This document shows, piece by piece, positions 26,504-33,732 of a stretch of DNA of 56,698 nucleotides. This DNA comes from a virus (lineage: Duplodnaviria > Caudoviricetes): IMG/VR virus record IMGVR_UViG_3300042698_000010, positions 1 to 56,698 of that record; one strand, written 5' to 3'. The notes under the pieces were generated by a model. The model did not search any database. It was given only the letters and a program-made list of their open reading frames with translations, and was not told the DNA's origin. Each line of letters opens with the position of its first letter. Within the stretch, counting starts at the first letter, position 1. Both the position numbers and the translations under genes were made by a program.

Positions 26504-26542
26504 GGGTCGGCCTGTCCTTTCATCGGGGGCTGACCCGGCCTA

Positions 26543-26593
26543 CCGCCAGCGGCGCACACCGGCCATGATAGCCGGTTGCTGCGCCGCTGGCGG
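26543..26593 (-). promoter_or_regulatory. Palindrome-enclosed late promoter of the major capsid gene
   Basis: CCGCCAGCGGC-N29-GCCGCTGGCGG with a minus-strand TATCAT in the loop. Confidence 0.6.
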
Positions 26594-26614
26594 ACGCCGA
26601 GTCGATCGGGTGGT

Positions 26615-26794
26615 CTAGGCGCTCTGGCCCGGTGGCAGGATCGTTGCGTCGGCGAAGCGGGCCGCAACGGCCTGAGCGGCCGGTTCGCTGGTCGACTCGT
26701 AGACCTTGCGGCTGCCGACCATCACGCGGTAGGTACCGGATACGGTGGTGCTACCTGCCGAAGCGGTCCGGTTCTTGCTGCACGCGCACGCCAC
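26615..26794 (-). CDS. Small 59-aa protein MACACSKNR... (absent from the ORF track)
   Basis: Hand-translated GTG 26794 to TAG 26615; CxC start; fills the gap between the protease and capsid genes. Confidence 0.65.
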   Translation of the reverse strand: MACACSKNRTASAGSTTVSGTYRVMVGSRKVYESTSEPAAQAVAARFADATILPPGQSA

Positions 26795-26798
26795 TTCG

Positions 26799-29700
26799 TC
26801 ACTTCCCGTCGTCGGTGGTGTCCGTGACCATGGTACGGGCTTCGGCGAGCAGCTCGGCCAGCTCAGCTGCCTCGGCAGCCTTGCGGTCCTCGGCCCGCGA
26901 CATGGCCGCCACCAGGCTGTCGGCCAGCTTGTCGTAGTCGATGACGGGCTCGACCGCGATGCGGGCCTCTTCCTGCTGCCGGGCCTCTTCGGCCTTGACG
27001 GCCGCGCTGGTCTCGACCATGAGAGCGGCCGCCGTCAGCGCCAGCTGGCTGCGCTCGACCACGGCCGAGGCGAGCAGCGGGGACGAGTGACCGGGCACCG
27101 GCACAGACAGCACCGCGCGAAGTTCCCACCGGCCGCTCTGGCCCTGCTTCAGGTGGTAGCTCGGCTGGCACGTGGCGAACACGTTGCGGTCCCACTCGCT
27201 CATCCACGGGGCGGCCGCACCGCTGAACCACATGCCGCGCTCGGACATGCCCACGGTGATGATGCCCGCCACGGTCCGGGTGTCGTCGAACTGGCACGCC
27301 GCGGTTTCGCACTCGGCGCCGTCGCGGTGGTGGCCCGCGTTCATGGTGAAGGCACCGGCCTTGACCACCGAGCCGTCGTCCAGCGCGAACCGCTGGCGCA
27401 GGAAGTGGGTCGTGTCGATCTTGCCCAGCTCGTTGATCACGATCCGCTTCGCGTACCCGGCGTGAGGCTGGTTGGCCTGCGCCACCCAGCCGAAGATCCG
27501 GCCGTTGGCGTAGTTGACGCCGGGGCCACCGGGCGGCAGCTCTTCGGCGGTGGGCTCACGGAACCACGCCGCGGGCATAGGCGGAAGGTCGGCCATCGCC
27601 GCCCACGCGCTCGACTGCATCTCGTCCATGTTCTCGCTTCCGGTGACTTCGTCCACGTGCGCCCGCACGGCGGCCAGCCGGTCCTTGACGGCAGCAATCT
27701 CGTCCTGGGGGATGTCCGGCGTCTGGCCGTGGCTGCCGTTCAGCGCGCCCTCGGCCGCGAACACCCCGCGGGGGATGATCGTCAGCGTGCCGTCCACCAC
27801 GTCCGCGTAGCCCAGCTTGTAGGCAGCCTTCGTCGCCGGGTCCGCGCTGTCGTCCCGGTAGGCGTAGGCCCGGCCGATCTTCTCGGTGTCGCCGTCGGCC
27901 CACTCGAAGACGCGGGCGGTGGCCGCGTCCCCGTCCCACTGGACCTCGCGGCCCGCCACGGGAAGGTCCACGGCGCCGGTGACGGACGCCACCAATTCGC
28001 CGCTCGCGGCCAGCCGGTCGTCGTCCATCACGTGGTCCGCCTTCGCGGACGTGGTCGCGTCGGTGTACAGCCCGCGCGTCAGCTTCACAACCTCACCCCT
28101 CGAAGCGGCCAGCGCGAGCAGGCGCTGTGCCGCACTGATCGGAATCTTCAGGTACTGAGCCACGCGGCCAGGGCCCACCGGCGACTTCGAGCGGCGCACG
28201 TGGCGCAGCACCCGCGCGTAGTCGGTGTCGCTCTGGACGCCGGTGCTCTTGCGCTCGGCCCACGTGGCGGCGGTGCGCTCGGCCGATCCGGGCTGCGCGG
28301 CTTCCAGCGTGATCGACGCGCTCAGCTCGGCCAGCTCGGGCTCGGCAGCGGCGTAGAGAGCCGGGTCGTCCAGGGTGATGCGGGCACCGGCGAAGGCGGG
28401 GATGTTGACCAGCGTGGCGCCCCGGATGCGGCCGCGGGTGATCCGCATGAGGTAGTCACCGCACTTCTGTCCGTCGACCACCACGCCGTCCGTTGCGTCC
28501 GGGTCACCCGCGGCCGCCTCAATCTCGAAGGCCTCGCGCGGTACGGTCCCGTCCGGGCCGACGGTGAACAGCACGCGGGCCGACTCGGTCACGGTCGCGG
28601 TTCCGGACGCCTTCATGGTCGGCGCCAGCTCACCCCGCAGGAAGTACCCGCCGTCCGGGGTGGGCAGCATGGACGCGCGCAGCAGACGGGCACGGTAGAC
28701 GGCCTCGCCACCGGCGGTGGCGTCGACCATCTCAACATCCACGTCGTCCAGGTCGACGCTGACGCCGAGCGGCGCGCCCTGCGAGAGCAGCATGGCGGCG
28801 TCAAAGCCCTCTTCGCGCGACAGGTACAGGCAGCCGTCGGCGGCGATCCGGTCGCCGTCGCGGGCCAGGTTCATGATCGCACCGGCCAGCGCTGCATCGT
28901 CGTGGCTGTCGAAGTTGTCGTTCGCCATAAGCGGCCACGGGCCGGGGCCATCCCAGTAGAGAGCGCCGGGGGTGAACACCCGCCCGTCGCCCGTCTGCTG
29001 GTTCTCGTAGGCCAGCGCGTCGGTGCCCGGCGTCGACCACATGGCGAGCGCGGGCCCTTCCGGCGCGACGTAGTCGGCAGCTTCTTCGATGTCCATGGGT
29101 TCCACCTCAGGGTTGACGGTCAGCGGGAAGTCCGTGTACTGCCCGCCGAAGCCGACGCGAAGGCGGTCGAAGACGACCGGGCCGCAGGCCGACGCGAAGT
29201 CGCCCACATCGCCCACGTCGCCGTACCCGATCGCCATGTGCGGCGCCCACGGGGTGTGCTGGTCGGGCATCTGCGGCATGTCCGGTGACTCGCCACCGCG
29301 GTCTTCCAGCGAATACTGGACTTCCAGGTGGACGTCCCGCAGCCGCTGGCCGGTGTCGGCGATGTGGTCCACGTCGTCCCCGATGTTCCACACCCAGCAC
29401 GGGTTATCGCTGTCCGGGTTCCACAGCGCGACGCCGAAGGCCTTCGCGTTGACCGGCTGAAGCCACTCGGCCGCCGTACCCATGGCGCGGATCACCTCGG
29501 CCCGCGCGGCTTCGTCCCACTCGGCCGCCTCGCCCAGGTAGAACAGCGTCACGTGCAGCTGGTCCTCGGCTTCGCTGGCGTAGGCCGCGAGACGCGCAGC
29601 GTCCTCGGCACTCGGCATGAGCGCGACCATGGCGCCGGTGTGCTCGGCCGAAGCGGCCATGCTGGCGGTCCTTCCGTCGGGGCGCGGCGGCGCGGTTGCC

Positions 29701-30428
29701 ACCATCACGCACCGGCAGTTTACCGTCAGATCCGCGGGGGCCGTCGGGTCGCCGGGGTACTGCATCTCGAAGCCACCAACGTCGAACGGGTCGGCGAGAA
29801 GACGGATCTGTCCGTTCACCTCGCGGTGCGCCTCGCGGACCTTCGCGTCGTTGCGCGTCAGCCACTGCTTGACCAGCGGCCGGTCCGGCCCCTGGATCAC
29901 CTCGGCCGAGGCGAGCGCCCCGGCGTTGAAGGCGCGGACGGCTTCCGTCTGCGCAATGCGATCCGCACGGACCGGGCCGAGCTGGCTGCTGGTGTCGCTG
30001 AACGCAGCCAGCAGACGGGCCTTCAGCTGGTCCAGCGACTCACCCGCGTTGACGCCGTCGGCCAGCGTCTGCTGGGCTGCCTGCGCCAGGTTGTCGCCGA
30101 CCGTGCGCAGCAGCGGGCTGACGGCGTCGCCGTAGGCTGCCAGAGCGTCGGCCAGCTCGGCCGAGGACGGCTCGGGCGCCTGGACGTCCTCGGCCGTCAG
30201 CCGCGCGCTGCGCCGGAAGATGCTGCGCAGCGACGTCATGATCCGCGGGATCCGGCGGTTCCACAGCTCACGGATGTCGGACACGCTGTAGACGGCTGCG
30301 ACCAGCTCGGTGGCCGAGTCCACGTTGTCGGCGAACTCGGCCGACACCTGGTCAAGCTGGTCCTGGACGATCGGGACAAGCTCTGCCTCGAAGCCTTCGA
30401 GCAGCGCGTCCAGCTCGGCTTCGGTCAT
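26799..30428 (-). CDS. MuF / 2H-phosphoesterase / capsid maturation protease multidomain fusion (~1209 aa)
   Basis: MuF KQWLTRNDAKVREAH...PGDP...NCRC; LHVTL and PHMA; QQTGDGRVF protease-like region; wHTH-like insert; PAAWF...GRIFGWVA C-terminal domain. Confidence 0.8.
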   Translation of the reverse strand: MTEAELDALLEGFEAELVPIVQDQLDQVSAEFADNVDSATELVAAVYSVSDIRELWNRRIPRIMTSLRSIFRRSARLTAEDVQAPEPSSAELADALAAYGDAVSPLLRTVGDNLAQAAQQTLADGVNAGESLDQLKARLLAAFSDTSSQLGPVRADRIAQTEAVRAFNAGALASAEVIQGPDRPLVKQWLTRNDAKVREAHREVNGQIRLLADPFDVGGFEMQYPGDPTAPADLTVNCRCVMVATAPPRPDGRTASMAASAEHTGAMVALMPSAEDAARLAAYASEAEDQLHVTLFYLGEAAEWDEAARAEVIRAMGTAAEWLQPVNAKAFGVALWNPDSDNPCWVWNIGDDVDHIADTGQRLRDVHLEVQYSLEDRGGESPDMPQMPDQHTPWAPHMAIGYGDVGDVGDFASACGPVVFDRLRVGFGGQYTDFPLTVNPEVEPMDIEEAADYVAPEGPALAMWSTPGTDALAYENQQTGDGRVFTPGALYWDGPGPWPLMANDNFDSHDDAALAGAIMNLARDGDRIAADGCLYLSREEGFDAAMLLSQGAPLGVSVDLDDVDVEMVDATAGGEAVYRARLLRASMLPTPDGGYFLRGELAPTMKASGTATVTESARVLFTVGPDGTVPREAFEIEAAAGDPDATDGVVVDGQKCGDYLMRITRGRIRGATLVNIPAFAGARITLDDPALYAAAEPELAELSASITLEAAQPGSAERTAATWAERKSTGVQSDTDYARVLRHVRRSKSPVGPGRVAQYLKIPISAAQRLLALAASRGEVVKLTRGLYTDATTSAKADHVMDDDRLAASGELVASVTGAVDLPVAGREVQWDGDAATARVFEWADGDTEKIGRAYAYRDDSADPATKAAYKLGYADVVDGTLTIIPRGVFAAEGALNGSHGQTPDIPQDEIAAVKDRLAAVRAHVDEVTGSENMDEMQSSAWAAMADLPPMPAAWFREPTAEELPPGGPGVNYANGRIFGWVAQANQPHAGYAKRIVINELGKIDTTHFLRQRFALDDGSVVKAGAFTMNAGHHRDGAECETAACQFDDTRTVAGIITVGMSERGMWFSGAAAPWMSEWDRNVFATCQPSYHLKQGQSGRWELRAVLSVPVPGHSSPLLASAVVERSQLALTAAALMVETSAAVKAEEARQQEEARIAVEPVIDYDKLADSLVAAMSRAEDRKAAEAAELAELLAEARTMVTDTTDDGK

Positions 30429-32191
30429 GCCGCCACCGCCTTGACGCGCAGCTGCGCGAGCAGCCGGGGGACGTTGTCGAACTCGTGCGGCTGGCCGGTC
30501 ACCAGCAGCGCGGTGACGTAGTCGTGCAGTGCCGAGGTCAGCTCGATCGAGTCGACGCCGTAGCGAGCTGCGATGACGGGCACGCGCACCCACGCGTCGT
30601 TCAGCAGGCCGAAGGCGTTCACGTCGTCCTCGCTGCGCAGCGGGTGGGACGTGTGAAGGCTGCCGCGGGCGGCCAGCTCACGGGCCGTACCGCGGTTCGG
30701 CCGGGGGACGACCGGGGTGAGCGTCAGCTTGCGGCCAGCGACCACCAGCGCGGACCACACCAGGCCGTCGACCGCTTCGGCGAGCGCTGCATCGGTGCCC
30801 GCGGTGAAGCTGTCGAGAACGGCCTCAGAGGCGGCCAGGGCGGTCTCGTTGGGCGTCCCGGTGTTCGGGGCTGACTGAGTGCTGTCCACGGGCAGGGTGC
30901 CCCCTTCGGGCTGGGTGGTGGCGGTTTGCTGCTCGTCCGGGGTGCTGCCGACGGCGCCCGGTGCGTCCGCCTCGGTGAAGCCGAGCTCACGCCGCGCGGC
31001 CTGGTCGCTGATCAGGCCCAGCTTGAATGCTTCCAGCGCGCTGGCCCCCTTGTTGCTGCTGGCCCGCAGCCCGGACGTGTCGTACCAGACCAGGAACTCG
31101 GCGGCGTTCGCCTCGCCCTCGGACGCCAGGATCGGCTGAAGCCACTGCGTGGTGAGCGACTGGCAGATGAGCGCGAGGCGGGGCTCTGCACCCAGCCGCA
31201 GCGCCTCGGCCGTGATGGCCCACGCGCCCCAGTGGTTCGCGTCGCCCATGCCCAGCAGGATTTCGGCCGGGATGTCGGCGCCAGCGGCGAAGCGGCGCAC
31301 GGCCTCATCGCGCAGCTGAAGGGCCATGGCGTCGAATTCGCTGGTGAACTGAAGCCACTTCACGCCGCTGATCAGGTCGCCGGGAACTTCCAGCACGATC
31401 GGCACGGTGGCGGCAGCGCTGTCCGGCTCACGGATGGCGGTGGACGCCACTTCGATGAACGTGTCCAGCAGCGAGTCTTCCGCACCGTCCTGGCCCGGCT
31501 GTGTCGGGAACCGGGTACCGGCGGGGATCAGCAGGATGCCCCGGCCGGTGATCCGGCTCTTGGCGATGGCGGCCACCGCGGCATTGAGCAGGCGCAGCTC
31601 TTCCAGCACCACCAGAGACCGGATGACGGGGCTGGTGGCCTGGCTGTGGCGGCGCGGGGACGGCTTCCAGATCCGCATGTAAACCGGGGCCGTGGGGTCC
31701 TGCTCGGCCTTCGGGTCGTACTCGGGGATCTCGATCTCTTCCCCGTCGATCACGGCCTTCAGCTTCCCGCGCTGAACGGTGACTTCCTCGGTGGACAGGA
31801 CCACCCAGCGGTCGTCCGCCATGTTGTCCGACTCGGGGGCGGGGATGACGATCAGCCACAGGTCGCCGGTGACGCACAGCTGCGTGCCCGCGTCGCCGAG
31901 CATGACGCCCTGGCCCTCGGGGCCGCCCGCGATGGACGCGACCAGCTCGGCGGCGCGGCTGCCCTCGGCAGCGGGCAGGATCTCACCGTCCGGCCCGCGG
32001 TACCCGGCGAACAGCGTCGCACCGGACATGGCGTTGGACACCCAGTCGCTGAAGGCGCCGACCTCGGGGATCGTCTCGAAGCAATCCCATGCCAGCGTGG
32101 CGCTGCCGTTGCTGGCGCTGTTGGCCGACCCCTTGCCCTTACCGCCCAGCAGCCGCGAGGCGGCCGCGGTGATCGTTGCGATAGCGCTCAT
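30425..32191 (-). CDS. Portal protein
   Basis: SRITGRGILLIP, AAATVPIV and PAEILLGMGDANHWGAW motifs. Confidence 0.85.
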   Translation of the reverse strand: MSAIATITAAASRLLGGKGKGSANSASNGSATLAWDCFETIPEVGAFSDWVSNAMSGATLFAGYRGPDGEILPAAEGSRAAELVASIAGGPEGQGVMLGDAGTQLCVTGDLWLIVIPAPESDNMADDRWVVLSTEEVTVQRGKLKAVIDGEEIEIPEYDPKAEQDPTAPVYMRIWKPSPRRHSQATSPVIRSLVVLEELRLLNAAVAAIAKSRITGRGILLIPAGTRFPTQPGQDGAEDSLLDTFIEVASTAIREPDSAAATVPIVLEVPGDLISGVKWLQFTSEFDAMALQLRDEAVRRFAAGADIPAEILLGMGDANHWGAWAITAEALRLGAEPRLALICQSLTTQWLQPILASEGEANAAEFLVWYDTSGLRASSNKGASALEAFKLGLISDQAARRELGFTEADAPGAVGSTPDEQQTATTQPEGGTLPVDSTQSAPNTGTPNETALAASEAVLDSFTAGTDAALAEAVDGLVWSALVVAGRKLTLTPVVPRPNRGTARELAARGSLHTSHPLRSEDDVNAFGLLNDAWVRVPVIAARYGVDSIELTSALHDYVTALLVTGQPHEFDNVPRLLAQLRVKAVAA

Positions 32192-32538
32192 GCGGCATCA
32201 GCCCGGTGACCGGGGCGGGAATCGTCCCAGCGGTTCAGCAGCGCCTGGACACCGGCGACGGCCCAGCAGTCGACGGCCACGGACCACAGCGGCAGGTTGG
32301 CCCACTGGCCGGTCGCGGTGACGTAGACCAGCACGGTGACCACGGACAGCCAGAAGCCGATGCAGTAGATGCAGCTGATCAGCTGGCGGACGAAGCTGCG
32401 CACCTTGCTCTCGTGACGCCTGGCGTGCCACAGCTCGATCCAGTTCCGGACGGGGTCGCCGATGCTGTCCCATACGAACAGCTGCGTGGCGCGATAGGCG
32501 GCGAAGCCCAGCACGATGACGGTTGCGAGGTGATCCAC
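32188..32538 (-). CDS. DUF1360-like membrane protein
   Basis: AAYRATQLFVWDSI...LISCIYCIGFW. Confidence 0.75.
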   Translation of the reverse strand: MDHLATVIVLGFAAYRATQLFVWDSIGDPVRNWIELWHARRHESKVRSFVRQLISCIYCIGFWLSVVTVLVYVTATGQWANLPLWSVAVDCWAVAGVQALLNRWDDSRPGHRADAA

Positions 32539-32650
32539 AGCGTCCCCTTCGGTCGGTCGGTTGCCTGGTCCAGCTTACCGGCGACGGTTCCCGCCACCGC
32601 ACGGCGCAGCCGTGACCGGTCGTACCAGGCAAACCGGACAGGAAGTGGAT

Positions 32651-32982
32651 CTTCCCGCGTTACGGGCCCGCGTTTCCCGGGAAACGCGGGAAGGACGTTT
32701 CCGCAGGTCAGGCCAGGTATTGGGGGTCAATCGCCCGCGTATCCCGACTTTGGTCGGAAGACTAGGACCCGTAAGGGGTTAATACAATGATTGGTACATA
32801 CGACGCCGTTACACAGGGTCACATAACTGCGCCTACTGGGGGGCCGTTCATGTCAAGTGTTCATACCCCGCTCAGCTCAAAGTGTTGGGCCGAAACTCGG
32901 GTAACGCGGGAATCCGGGCTCTAAAGGCCCTCTGACCTGCGGAAACGGTTTCCCGGGAAACGCGGGACCGTTTCGCGGGAAG
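32651..32982. repeat. Palindromic origin-like element, copy A
   Basis: Non-coding; inverted GGGAAACGCGGGA-type and TGACCTGCGG arms around an AT-richer core GTTAATACAATG..TGGTACATA; homologous to 55345..55675. Confidence 0.8.
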
Positions 32983-33000
32983 CCCGTTCCCCGGCGGGGG

Positions 33001-33029
33001 TTGCACTGCAACACGAAGCCAGGTACCGT
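33001..33029 (+). promoter_or_regulatory. Promoter of an isolated + strand gene
   Basis: TTGCAC-N17-TACCGT. Confidence 0.65.
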
Positions 33030-33064
33030 TAGGTCTATCAGCAACCGCGAGAGAGGAACCCACG

Positions 33065-33688
33065 ATGAACACGACCCACGCCGCAGCCGGTGTCTACTTC
33101 CCCGTCACCGAGCAGGACGACGTGCTGGTGAACCTCACCCTTCAGGGCCAGGTGATCCGGGCCGACGTCTACGCCGATGGCGCCTACACCGTCTGGGCGG
33201 GCTTCGAGTCCATCGCCACCGGCCAGCTGAACGGGACCGAGGGCCCGCTGATGGTCTTCTTCGCGGCCGAGGCGATGGTCTGGTCCTACGGCATCGACAC
33301 CGACCGAGAGGCCAACGCCGCCGCCGCCGAGCTGGCCGCCACGATCGAGCACGTGGACGCCAACGAGGTCAGCGAGGCGGTTGCCCAGGTCCGCGCCGAC
33401 GGTGCCGAGAAGCTGGCCGAGGCTGCCGAGATGGAAGCGCAGGGCAACGAGCCGATCGTGATCGCGGTCCGCCGCAACGGCGAGGTCCGGGGCCACCGCA
33501 AGATCGGCGCATGGGACCCGCGCCACCCCGCCCGTGCTGCCGCGTCCGTCCGCCGGGCCGGTGAGCGCCTGTCCCGCTGGACACAGGCTGACGAGGACGC
33601 CTACGGCCGCTACGTCTCGGACGGCCTGGCCGACACCGACGGCTACTACGCACCGCTGGACCGGGCGGCCTGGTCCTACGGCCGGTAG
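33065..33688 (+). CDS. Hypothetical protein (moron-like, opposite to the late operon)
   Basis: Has its own promoter, GAGAGGA RBS and terminator. Confidence 0.75.
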   Translation: MNTTHAAAGVYFPVTEQDDVLVNLTLQGQVIRADVYADGAYTVWAGFESIATGQLNGTEGPLMVFFAAEAMVWSYGIDTDREANAAAAELAATIEHVDANEVSEAVAQVRADGAEKLAEAAEMEAQGNEPIVIAVRRNGEVRGHRKIGAWDPRHPARAAASVRRAGERLSRWTQADEDAYGRYVSDGLADTDGYYAPLDRAAWSYGR

Positions 33689-33696
33689 CCAGCAGT

Positions 33697-33728
33697 GAAG
33701 CGGCCCCCGCTACGGCGGGGGCCGCTTC
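33697..33728. terminator. Bidirectional terminator
   Basis: GAAGCGGCCCCCGC-TACG-GCGGGGGCCGCTTC. Confidence 0.75.
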
Positions 33729-33732
33729 GCCG

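Noticed and set aside
32651-32982. Duplicated palindromic element as an IS or MITE, and its ORFs (32872-33072, 55566-55772) as genes
   Set aside because: No transposase or target-site duplication is evident; the ORF similarity simply reflects the DNA repeat and the ORFs have no RBS. A MITE is not formally excluded
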